DNA of 63,748 bases, the filler included, from Neolecta irregularis DAH-3 (taxonomy: Eukaryota): the NCBI GenBank assembly GCA_001929475.1. It is 7 parts of 7 records of this genome, joined end to end, with 100 filler letters (N's around TTAATTAATTAA, not from the genome) between each part and the next. Parts side by side here need not be neighbours in the genome. Positions count along the whole stretch, not along the records: positions 34,865 to 39,213 come from LXFE01000879.1; positions 39,314 to 49,429 come from LXFE01000880.1; positions 49,530 to 63,748 come from LXFE01000882.1; 4 more parts are not named here. One strand, written 5' to 3'. The notes under the pieces were generated by a model. The model did no database searches, had not been told where the DNA came from, and saw only the letters and a list, made by a program, of their open reading frames with translations. The position numbers and the translations under genes were made by a program. The first letter of the stretch is position 1, and every line of letters starts with the position of its first letter. Below are positions 38,244 to 50,050 of the stretch, piece after piece.

Positions 38244-38873
38244 TTACTTTTGAGTCATGATCAGACCAAGTGTAGGCTGAGCTCCCTCTGTCCACTCAAT
38301 CTGAACATTAGCATTTGTTTCACAAAAAGAGGCAAACGTCAACTGTATCATTATCACGTGGCGTCATGAGCAATGCGATAGAAGAAGATTTGCACTGGAA
38401 ACTAAGTTCATTGCTCTCTCCACTTGGCTCAATGAAAATTCTACCAATATAGCTTTTCGGAATCTCTTGAGTATGACTTTTCCAAGTGATTTCTTTAGGC
38501 GAGAAAGATGTGTATTCCCAGACATCAAAAGATGCGTCTGGAGTGAAACTAAAATTTTCTGGATCTGCATCTTGGGAAATCACAAATGAAACCGTACATT
38601 TTAGCTGGGTGTCGTCGATGTTGAAGGAAGTCACCGTATGTATTAGATGTTTGCCCAGCTCGTTAGCGATGTGACCCGTGTACCCATTCGCTCCAAAGAA
38701 GTTTGTATATGGACTGTCCTCTACAAGGGCAACAAGTTCCTGATTTGTTAATAAAAAGCCAAAGAATGGCGTACTTTTGGGTAAATAGTATTTGGCTGAT
38801 TCACAGAGGAATAGGCTGGCGATGCAACAGCTATAGTAGCAAACAGAGTGGCGGAAAATGCTGTGAATTGCAT
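38244..38873 (-). CDS. Small secreted protein, But2 C-terminal-like domain (2 introns)
   Basis: Signal peptide MQFTAFSATLFATIAVA, IYPK|ELVALVEDSPYTNF, TSFNI...CTVSF, FSF...FDVW, ITW, SFQC, terminal PTLGLIMT; family assignment from recall only. Confidence 0.7.
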
Positions 38874-39147
38874 GGCTGAATGAATTGATGGATCTCTTTG
38901 GAGAAGAACATGAGGGAATATATGGGGTCTATATTAGATTTCTGAACCTATATATCCATTATGACGACATCAGTCAGCAGGTCACTGTTAGCGTTTCCTC
39001 AAATCTCTTTGTGGCACGAAAATGATACACGTAATATTTCGGGATAGCACATCCCGGGTCTAATTATGTTGATAAGCGCATGGCCCCTTAAGACGATAGA
39101 TATTTATATACATGATGACAATATCGGTCAGCTCACTATTAGCTTTT

Positions 39148-39213
39148 TGTAAGCTTAACGCCAGAAGTTACAAATAAGACCAGGATATATTTCTAGCCTA
39201 AGTGTTGTAACTC
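39148..39213 (+). mobile_element. LTR 5' end truncated by assembly gap
   Basis: TGTAAG...CGCCAGAAGTTACAAATAAGACCAGG...TCTAGCCTAAGTG matches the other LTR copies. Confidence 0.75.
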
Positions 39214-39643
39214 NNNNNNNNNNNNNNNNNNNNNNNNNNNNNNNNNNNNNNNNNNNNTTAATTAATTAANNNNNNNNNNNNNNNNNNNNNNNNNNNNNNN
39301 NNNNNNNNNNNNNCCCTTCCCCCGTTCCGCGCCTAAAATTGGAATTTAAAGAAAAGCCACATTTTATGAAATTTGGGTCGCATCAAACGCACCATAAATG
39401 TATATTTACAAAATATTTTCTACTACATTTGCGTATTGTGTCTGTAATGTTATAGAACATATTCAAGCAAAACATAAATGCATATAGGTCATATTCCACT
39501 GATATACCTTTGTTTCTTTAATACTGCTGTCGGTGAAGTCACGCCCAGTTCCCATGGCTCCGTTAATACTTACTGGACGATTTCTACTTCGACACTATCA
39601 CACCACTTGTAATATCTCATTTAGTCTGAGACATCACGCAAAC

Positions 39644-40742
39644 ATGCACATCCAAACTATTCCAATTCTCGGTGTATGACATTTTACTCATTCGGCTGAC
39701 CTCCAAGGAACATAAAAATTACGCTTACCTTCTCATTGATGAGAAGACTAAAGGTTGACTTTCCTTGTTCAGTAAAATTGACCAGAAGAAACCGCTATTG
39801 TTGACCCTTCAGATCCGAAAGCGTAATTATATCCACTTGCCAATTCAATAGCTGAAGTAATTCAGACTTATACCAATAATTAAGCAACTTACTCTTGCTG
39901 GAGATATAAAATTGACCAGAATCATTACAGTATCATATGTCAGAAATCACTGGAGCTGAAACGGGTAGACTCATCACCATTGGGACCATGCCGGCGGGAA
40001 TAAAGATATGGTACATAAGAACAAACGGATTATCAATAATCATTACAGGCCCAAGAATTCCCTGGGATCACGGTTACTGGTGGAAAAGATTGTGACGGAA
40101 CCACTCATTTTGTCAAGAATGATGAAGACTTCAAGGTTGGAAATATTAAAGTTAAAGCATTGCACACGCCCTGTCATACGCAGGATTCAGTATGCTACTA
40201 TGCCGTGGATGGTTTAAAGTCTCCATTCACTGCTTAGCTTACTATCGAAGGATCTCAAAAATCTGTGTTCACCGGGGACACGCTCTTCATCGCAGGATGC
40301 GGCCGCTTTTTTGAAGGAACTGCGGCAGAAATGTATAAGGCGTTGCAAATTCTGGCCGATTTGCCAGACGACACAAAAGTTTACGTAGGTCATTTTCACA
40401 GATATTTCTGATCTGGAATTTAGCCAGGCCACGAATACACAGAATCGAATGCAAGGTTTGCAAAGTCTGTTGATGACTCCGAAGCTGTAAATAAGCTCGT
40501 TGAGTTTTGCGAGACAACAAAAGAGACACCAGGAAGATTTACGATTGCAGATGAGAAAACGTTCAATCCATTCATGAGAGTTACGGTATCTTTCTTGTCA
40601 TCGCTGATAGCTGATTTTCAGGATCCAGTGTTTCAGGAGGCTACTGGGCAGCAACATCCTGTTCAAGTGATGGTATGCGATCACCTTGCCTTTTTCCCTA
40701 ATGATAAAGGAAAAATTGCGTGAAATGAAAAACAACTCCTAG
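39644..40742 (+). CDS. GLO2: Hydroxyacylglutathione hydrolase (glyoxalase II), ~9 introns
   Basis: [73 protein letters not shown]. Confidence 0.95.
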
Positions 40743-40935
40743 AACAGGTTGTAAAGGCAATATTGTGTAAATCAATTTGACCTATTCATTGAAAGTCATT
40801 ATCCTCGCGCCGTATATTTTCTATTTACGGTGTCAGCTGTGTTGGGTGTCTTAATGTCGTGCGCCGCTCACCATGACGTAAGGTCGGTTTTGTTCTTTAA
40901 GATTTCTAAAACCCCAATGCACCACTTTGTCTATC

Positions 40936-41854
40936 ATGTCACATTTCAAGTCTCGTGTTGAAGTACAACCTCTTTCTACTGCTTCCAAAGTTATTGATGC
41001 TGGCACCGGAATGACTCAAGTTTGCCGAATACCCGATAAATCTCTGCTAAACAGCACAGGATTTTACTCCACTCAAGAGCATCTGCGCCTTTCTCAATGT
41101 ATGCTTTGAATCAATCCATTTTCCTAACTTGATAGGCCTGGCATGTCTATGCAGACGATCCAAAACGACATGTTTGTTTTCTCTCCTGTTTCGAACTAAA
41201 GGCATAGGTTCAAGCATTTCATTACTGTTGCCATGTTAACGAAGACGTTCGCCAATGTTTGATATATGATTCATGCGAAAGCAACGCTCGACTGATTGGC
41301 GTGGAATATATGGTGTCTGCAAAAATGTTTGAAACCTTCCCCCCGGAAGAAAAACGATATTGGCACTCACATGTCTATGGCATCGAATAGCTACCAAGCC
41401 CGTACTGATAGATCTAGAGGTTAAAAGTGGAATGTTGATTCTTCCAAAACCGGCTCCGATCCCTGAAATAGCATGGGATAAAACCGAGACCACTGCCATG
41501 GAAGAAATTATCACCATTTACGGAAAGACATTCCATTTCTGGCAAGTAGATCGAGGTGATAAGGTTGAATCCACATCAAGTGAATCTCAATGTCTAGATT
41601 CCATTTGGCGAGCCAAAATTGATGATGACTTTCACTAATGACAATCAGCTTGACTTTGAAAAGGTGGTCAGGCCTCGTGATTTGAAATTCGACACGGATT
41701 ATAAGAAGAAGAAAGAGCTTCGAAAAGATATCAAGGAGCCGGAGATTGACGAGCGCATGCCTTTCGAGATGTAATTTTCTCTGACAAGTTAGATGTAGAT
41801 GGTTGGTGTTGCGGAAAGGGTATTCGATTCAAGACAGAGGAAGTTGGTATTTAA
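40936..41854 (+). CDS. DUF1264/OBAP-family protein (6 introns, 2 GC-AG)
   Basis: [83 protein letters not shown]. Confidence 0.92.
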
Positions 41855-42027
41855 GAGTCTACAATACAATCAGTGTACAAGGTAGGAGAGCAGTCGAACC
41901 AAAACAGTTTTGTGCTATGTCGTTGTCTCAAGTCAATCAATCTATCATTAACGCTAGTCTTATTTCTATCCGCTCATTAGTAAATGGACTCTTCTGCCCC
42001 TTGCCGCCTGCCCACTCTTTTATCGAT

Positions 42028-43049
42028 ATGCTGGCCCATCACCAGGCTCCTCCTACAACTATTTTCAGTGATGGCACATATTCTAAGAGGAACACGCTTC
42101 GATCTGTCGGATCATCAGACGACGGGGATTTTAACTGGAGAAACAGCCAGTCGTCGATTTTAACTGATCTGACCGAAGCTCCTTTTGAATATGACGACGT
42201 GGAGGACTCTGGTTCGTTGTCTCGTTACATGTCGAGTATTGACAAGAACAAGTCAAAGTGTCCACTGCTGATTCCTCAAAACTTCTTCATACACAAACAA
42301 CGGCGGATGTTTGGACAGCTGATTCACCAACAAGAACCGTTTCTTTATCTACGCCGCTGAGTCGGATTATCATACCTTTTCGGTGCGATTCGGGCCCGAG
42401 ACCTTGTGATTGGCCGTCGACTAAAGCGCCGCCTAGTCCAGATCCATCCAGCTCGATCGATCCCAGTGGAGAAGGTGATATAGAAGCAACCTTTGGTGCC
42501 AGGCTGTCTCTTCCGCCAGCGGCATATGACATTGCGCTATCTCTTCCGAGATTCCCAGCAGCGGAGATGACTGCACGTCCCTCAAACATAATCCCAGGAT
42601 GGGCCAGAGCATACTATTCAAAGGGCATGTCGCTGCCGACTACACCATCTACTATCGCAGCCCTTGCTGGTACAACATCAAATCTTGAGATCCGCCAAGA
42701 AGAATCGACTTCCTCTACTGATTCGTCTTCGATTTCGGGAAGAAGAGATAGTCTTGAACCGAGAACACCAACAATATACCATCCTCGCATTTCGTTTCCG
42801 CGATCCTTTAATCTGATCTCGCAGATGGTATTGTTTTGTTTGGGCTTCATTTGCCCGCTCATGTGGTTCATCGGTGCCTTTATGCCGCTGCCTGATTATA
42901 TCCGACGGGCCGGCGTTGGTGAGAAGGAAGCTTGTGTGTATCGAGAATTGTTTCTTTATTGGAGAATGGTCAATCGCTGTATGACCATCGCTGGAGCAGT
43001 CCTGTCGGGAATAATTATCGGGCTTGCAGTTTATGGCGCCAAAGGATGA
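42028..43049 (+). CDS. Ser/Pro-rich protein with two C-terminal TM helices (1 intron)
   Basis: Two ORFs joined by a 35-nt GTTCGT...CAAG intron; C-terminal LFCLGFICPLMWFIGAFMPLP...YWRMVNR followed by a TM helix. Confidence 0.75.
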
Positions 43050-43205
43050 CGATAAAAAGAAATTTTCTTTCTGTTCTCCTGTTTGTTTGGGGTGTTGTCT
43101 TTGTGCTGTTTGTATTTGTGTAATGTAACGATTGAAAGGGTGGAATAGAATGCGTGACGACGTGAAAAAGATACACCGACTATTTTACATGCGAGTTCAC
43201 TGAAT

Positions 43206-46200
43206 ATGAGCCACTCTTTGGAAGACGACACCTTTCAAGATGAAGATATTGCTACAGTCAAACGGCCAATAAATAAATATCCTTCTCCACCATTCATAGA
43301 TCTCGTTACCTCATTATTTGAGCCGTTGACTCAGATAGCACAGACACCGAAATCATTCAGAAATATAGATGGAAAATCCATGTGGGAAAATAAACGTCTA
43401 ACCGTCGAGACATTTATAGCAAATTGGAGAGCAAGAGTTGGCCCAGATATATTTCCAGCCTACAGATTAAGTAGCATCCTTTGTTGACCCGGCCAACGAA
43501 TAGTAATGCCCGATGTATCTATATCACTCTTGGCTTTACATTATCTGAACACATCAAGAGAGATCGAGATCGTCCGATGTATGGAATCAAAGAAGCTACA
43601 TTAGCCAAGATCTTTATTAATGTACGTTCATTAGTTAGAAGCCACATTTTTCATATGTCAGGTTCTCGGAATAGCAAAAGACTCTCCAGACGCAATTGAT
43701 TTAAAGGAGTGGAAACAACCCGGCCAAGTGTGTCTTGTATCTGTGCATTGTTGATATTTGCAATAGTCAAATAATACTGCAGGATATTTTCCCACGAGAT
43801 GTTTTGGTATGTGATATTTCCTTCGCTTATCTGACTTATTCCCCAAGATGCAATCGCCAAGAGACCTTCAATGGACAACGGTGGTAATTTGACCGTCGAA
43901 CAACTTAATAAACTTTTGAATCGTCTTAGTGGGACAACTCTAGAGTATGCCATTGTTGTACTTTCTCTCTAATTTTTACAGAGCGGATCAACTAAAGGTC
44001 ATTAAAGAATTATACCACTCTACGAATCCGGAAGAAATGAAATGGATTGTCCAAATCATTTTACGACGTATTTGCGTCTGTTCTACTCATTCTTATCACC
44101 AGAAATGAGACTAAGGACTTCTGAAAAGTTATTTTTTAATCTATGGCATCCTGATGCTGACAAACTTTTCAACGTGACTAGTTCTCTACGGAAAGTCTGT
44201 TGGCAGCTTTGTGATCCGGATTTTCGACTTGCCGACAAAGTACAGGCCCTAATTAGCCAGGTCTAAGCCTTAGGGAAAAGACATCAAGATGTTCAATACA
44301 TTTCAACCTCAACTAGCTTGTTCGTGGATAAACGGTGTAGCTGGTGTCTTTAAAAGATTCGAAGGACTAGAATTTTGGATCGAGGAAAAACTGGATGGAG
44401 AGCGTATTCAACTTCACAAACGAGGGAATGAGTTCAAGTTCTTTTCGAGGTATACGTAGCTGACTCTGTACTTACTGACTAGTATAAGGAAAGGGACTGA
44501 TTATACTCATCTATATGGAAAGTCTTTTGATGATCGGGATAGTGCTCTAACAAGGCATATCAAAGACGCTTTTCATGAGCTCAATGAAGAGTTTACCTAT
44601 TGCTACTGATTTCATTATTAACATACTAGTTGCATCCTTGATGGCGAAATGATCACTTGGGATCCAATCCAGGAAGCAATTATACCTTTTGGGACTTTGA
44701 AATCGGCCGCGTTGAGCGAGAAGTCCAATATTTTAAACGAAAACGGGATTAGACCCTGCTGTGAGATGAATATAATTCCAAGACTAATATTAAACAGATT
44801 ACGCCTTTGATATACTTCTGCTCAATGACAAGTCTTTGGTTAATTATTCGTTAATAGAGCGTAGAAAAGCTCTTAAAAGTGTAATTAATCTCATTCCTGG
44901 TCGTCTAGAAATTCTGGAATACACAGTTGGTAAAACTCAGGATGACGTTGAGAATTCTCTCAGGGATGTCATCCGCAAAGGGTATCTATGAGACTCTCAT
45001 AAACGGGCTGACTATCTCAGAGGCGAGGGATTAGTCATGAAAGTATGGGTCATGGAATGGAACATGACTGACTGTCGAAGAACCCGGAAGGTGTTTACAA
45101 AGCCAGTGCGCGAGATCAAGATTGGTGCAAGATCAAACCAGACTATATGAACGAATTTGGCGAAGTTTGTCAGATTCCAGTGAGACAGCTAATTACTTAG
45201 GACTTGGATTGTCTCATAATTGGTATGTTGTACTCTCTCTGAAGATGAATAAAGTAGTCGAGGTGGGTATTACGGCAGTGGTAAGCGAGGTGGATTTCTG
45301 GGAAGTTTTCTCTGCGGTCTCCGAGTTGATGGGACGAATGATGAGAAAATACCACTGTACTACAGTCATCTGCAATTCGCTCATCTATAGTTTCCACTCA
45401 TTTTGCAGAGTTGGAGGAGGGTTCCGCGCTAATGATTATGACAAAATTAGGTAGTGTAATGTCTATCAGGCATGTGCTAATAACTGGAGATCACATACGC
45501 ATGATAAATGGTTCAATTGGGATGAAAATGTTGATGAAAGAAATAGCTATATTGAATTGGCCGGCAACAATCAACAATTTGAGAGGCCGGACCGTTGGAT
45601 CAAACCTCAAGAGTAGTGTCCTCTTCGTTTGTCCTTCTGATTTCGAGTTCAGTTGTTATCAAGATCAAAGCGGCTCAAGTGACTCCTTCCAGTTTTGCCT
45701 GAATTTTGAGAAGTCGCTTACAATAAGACCAATTCAAAACCGGGAATACACTCCGCTTTCCACGTTTCCAAAGAGTCCGCGATGATAAAAACTGGGAATC
45801 GGCCCTTTCGTACAAAAGTTTGGTCTGTTCACTACGTTACTGACCGAATAGCGTTCTGGAAACTCAAGGTTCAGGCGGAAGAATGGAGTGCTAATGAAAT
45901 GTATACTGCCAGGTTCCACAACGAGATTGATTCAAAAGGATGACTGCATGTAAAAAAGCGATTGTCAAAAGGAAAAATGAAACGCATATTCTCGGAGCTA
46001 ACGGCTCGCTGAAAGATGTGAAGCTCAACGAAAACGGGATCTTCCACAGGATGTTATTTTGTTTGCGCTCTAAATTTATTTTGAGATCTCACACTAGGCA
46101 GATTGCATGAGTGGTGCGAAATCTGTCAAGAAGGACAAAGAAGCTCTGGAAATTCTGATCAAAAACAATGGGGGTAGAATCACACAGTCGGAAAAAGGAG

Positions 46201-47086
46201 GTCCCGTTGTTCAAATCATTGCGGAAACAGGCATGATAGCCAGATAATATGTTTATATCTGACGCCTAGAATCGATCAAAGTTGGAAGCTTGATATCCAG
46301 GCGGACACATAATGTCATTCTTCCACGATGGATATTTGAGTCCTTGGAAGAGGGAGAAGCCTTACCACTCGAGCCAAAGTATGTAAATATTATTGGCTTG
46401 ACTGATTTGATTTGGTTCATGTTATTTGCACTGCCGAAAACAAAGGCCAAGCATTCTAAGATTCTTGATGAATACGGGGATAGTTACTACACGTCTGTAA
46501 CTACTGCAGATATTCAAAAGGTTAAAAAATCGGGTTGAGAGGCAATTGACGAGATTAGTTATTAAAGGATATCCCAGTACCAAGTCCAGAGGAAAAAGAC
46601 ATCGCCGATATCTCTCAGACACTCGAACGGGTGTGGGCTCTGGAAACAGTAACCCAAGGGCTTGGACGGCTTTTTGAAGGCCTAAAAATATATTTCTCCC
46701 TGACAGTTCAAAGATCAAGGCAGGCCTACAGCTAAACTGGTGAAAATAACTCTCGTAGGATGTTTATTCTTCTTAAGCAACAGATTGAATTTGGTAGAGG
46801 CGTCACAGTTGATGACATAAACGATAATGGTATCACACACATTATCGTCTCAGAACGTGACCCTGAGGTATCATCCATTAGATCTGCGATGATAGCGTAA
46901 CGTTTTGTTTGCCTGATATTTGCTAATGACAAGTAGCCGGCGGATACTTCCTAGAATAGTGCTGGTAGGTTATATTCGAGAATGTTGGAAGGAAGAAACT
47001 CGATTGGATGAAGAAGGCATTTGCGCCTTATCATCCCATCGTAACTGACATGCATAGCCTTCGCATTGGGGAGACTGCATCCCTGA
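43206..47086 (+). CDS. DNL4: DNA ligase IV with tandem BRCT domains, ~27-28 introns
   Basis: DIFPAYRL|IMPD|RDRDRPMYGIKE, FWIEEKLDGERIQLHK (motif I), CILDGEMITWD, GEGLVMK, WCKIKPDYM, GGYYGSGKRG, TLRFPRF, DEYGDSY; last exon uncertain. Confidence 0.96.
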
Positions 47087-47304
47087 TTTATTGCTTTTTT
47101 TCCTCTGTAACACCACACACAATGTTCACCGCCAAAAGGACAAGATATTTTATAAATGACCTTTCAAAACACCAGGGAAATATGCTTCAGTGAAAGATCC
47201 TAGCAAATTTCTTGGAATATGTATTTGATGTGGAATAGATCAGGGAATTTTCTTTTCCTTCCATAACCCCAACTGGGTCTTGGAAATCGCATATCATTTT
47301 CTCC

Positions 47305-48549
47305 ATGAGTGTCCATGGCCTAGTAGGAATCAATAAACCCAGTGGATTCACCTCTGCCCAAATCATCAACCAACTTCAACAAGTATTCAAGAACTCGCCG
47401 ATGTTTCGGGACCACATCTACGATAATGAAGGCAAACTATTGAAGAGAAAAAGATTTCAACAAAATGTCAAGGCATGAACTCAAGGCGAGTCGGCTCTAA
47501 TCGAACAAGATGGGTCATGGTGGTACACTGGATCCACTGGCAACTGGTGTTCTTGGTACAAGTGTTTTGCGACAACCATTTTTCTGACTGGGAGTTGTGG
47601 GTATTGGAGCAGCAACAAAACGACTTGGAGAGTTTTTGCACTGTTCAAAGGTCGATCTTATTCGAATGCGACTAAGATTGGAAGGAATACGAGGCAACTG
47701 CCCTGTCTGGCGGCATTACAGATACCTATGATTGTGAGGGAAGAATCTTATTCCGGAAACCGTATCAACATATCACACGAGAGAAGGTATTAACTGCTCT
47801 TTCACAATTCCGAGGGGAAATTATGCAGAAGCCGCCAATGTATCGGCATCAGTTTTTTTCCATTAATTTTCAGATACTCGGCATTAAAAATGAATGGGAA
47901 ACCGCTATATGACTATGCTCGTGAAGGAAAAGAATTGCCTAAAGAGATTGCAGCCAGATCAGTTACTGTCGAAAGCATCGAACTAACGGATTGGAATACT
48001 GAGCATAACTGGCCAGAACCGGAAGAAGTTGTTATAGAAGATCTCGATTCTAAGAATGCACAAATCGAGAAAGTTGAACTCGCTCAGCATGGTAAACCTA
48101 ATCTTGTGGACGAAGCCGATTCGAGGCCACAGCAGCCCGAGGTAGATCAACATGAAACAACAACAGTAGACACATTGACACCATCTTCCAAAAGACTGCG
48201 CGAAGAAGCAGAAGTTGGCGAAGACACCCATATCAAATTGCCTGATGATCATTTGAACGCAAGACCGACTGCACAACGGAAAATCTATGACAAACCACCC
48301 GCCTTTTCAATTCGAATGACGGTATCATCTGGAACGTATGTGCGATCCATTATCCACGACCTTGGAGTAGCCCTCGGCAGTGGAGCATATATGGTGGAGC
48401 TCCAGAGAACCCGCCAAGGCCAATTTGCCTTGAAGCAAGGTAATGTCCTAGAATGGGGATTCTGGGAGCAGGATGGCTGGGAAGAGAAAATTAAAACCTT
48501 ACTAGAACAATCACATCGTGGCAAGAGCATTCCTGCTGATGAAAAGTGA
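47305..48549 (+). CDS. PUS4: tRNA pseudouridine-55 synthase Pus4/TruB (4 introns, 1 GC-AG)
   Basis: INKPSGFTSAQ, VK|MGHGGTLDPLATGVL, TDTYDCEG, QKPPI|YSALKMNGKPLYDYAREG, VSSGTYVRSIIHDLG, LQRTRQG. Confidence 0.96.
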
Positions 48550-49529
48550 TTTTAAGAAAAGGAATCAATGTCCTGTCAGAAAACATTTGGATTGGGTGAT
48601 CGGTTTGTAGAAAAGTAGAAAATGTCAAGGTGCCTTTTGTAAACCATATTCTTATCTTGACAAGTTGTAACACCAGTATATCTTTTCACAATTTTTCCTA
48701 TGAGCGCTCCTCAATGAAAATATCCACTTTATTTCAACAATAACTGAATAAATACTACTTCTGAAATGAAAGATTACATTGTTTATCAGAATGAGGGATG
48801 CAGCCTTGATGAACCCCAGGAATTTCATCGATACTCAGGTCCGAATGGATCTAACACCGGGGTCAAAATAATTGCTGGTAGTATTGGATCGAGTGACACC
48901 ACATAATTCAACAGGCTTTGATGTGGATGAGACAATGACCTGCAAAGGTTAGTGAGTACTCACAAGAAGCGCAACGCACTATTCGCAGTGCTGTTGATTG
49001 ATAGCCTCACGCAACCCTGCAGATGCGAATGCTGGATATATCGCTAAGAATAGTGGGAAACAGGTTTATCCTGGCTGACGGTGAAGTGTCAAAGAGGGGC
49101 TGTGATCGTGAAGATCTTTAGGGCGATATTTGCATCAGACAATGAATAAGCATATGGAGACTGATGAGGTGAGTATGAAGTAGTATGACATTGATACTGT
49201 TGCTAGCAATGGGATACATGGGTATTAGGGCCGGGGTGTGCAGAAATTGGTGAACGTGGGTCAGATAGCGTGCATGCGGTAACCCTCACGACTGGGAAGC
49301 GGGGGATAGAGGGTAGAACAGGACAGAGGAAGCGAGGGAACAATATCTATATAAATGTACATGGCAGCAGGTCAGCAAAAGACTCTGGCAAGGCCCTGGT
49401 TGAGGCGGTGGAGGGCGCGGGACTCTTCCNNNNNNNNNNNNNNNNNNNNNNNNNNNNNNNNNNNNNNNNNNNNTTAATTAATTAANNNNNNNNNNNNNNN
49501 NNNNNNNNNNNNNNNNNNNNNNNNNNNNN

Positions 49530-49595
49530 TAGAAGTTCCCGCACTTAGGTTAGATATAAAACCGAGTCTTATTGTACTTCCGGCGATCACTTACA
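49530..49595 (-). mobile_element. LTR 5' end truncated by assembly gap
   Basis: Minus strand TGTAAGTGATCGCCGGAAGTACAATAAGACTCGG...CTAACCTAAGTGCGGGAACTT, closely matching 37181-37244. Confidence 0.8.
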
Positions 49596-50050
49596 CTGGA
49601 TAACAAAAACGTAAGCTTTGCAGATCTCACTATTCACATCCATTCAGCCCAACTCCAGCAAGAAAGACGTAGCATTAACAAATGAACAGAGCGTGTAATC
49701 TAGTATTTCAAGCGTTCCCTGAATGATTCGTCTAACTGCTTGCCTTTTTTTTTCTACAAAAGAAATTATATCCCACTTAAGAGCTTTCACAACTGAAGGG
49801 TTTGGTATGATCAGTTGGCGCAATTCGAGTTTTGACGAGATTTGGCTCAGAAAGTGGTTACCCTGTCACTTCATCAATTTTCTACAACGCTTTGGTTCTC
49901 AAACGCTCATTTTACGTTTTTGCGATTAAACGAATTGAGCTGGTCAGCCAGATCATCTGAGGCAGTCATCTTTTATTACTGATAGAGAAGGTTTGAGCGA
50001 TAGATATTAGAACTGATGTACAACTAGAACCACATTGTTTTCTATTGACC

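Noticed and set aside
48780-49230. Minus-strand intron-like GTGCGT...CTAAC...GCAG and a GATGA...CTGA pair suggesting a snoRNA host
   Set aside because: The C box is imperfect, the interval is only ~50 nt, and no guide complementarity or convincing ORF was identified.
14538-49529. Six identical TTAATTAATTAA motifs flanked by Ns
   Set aside because: Scaffolding linker with stops in six frames; not biological and not a repeat or CRISPR array.
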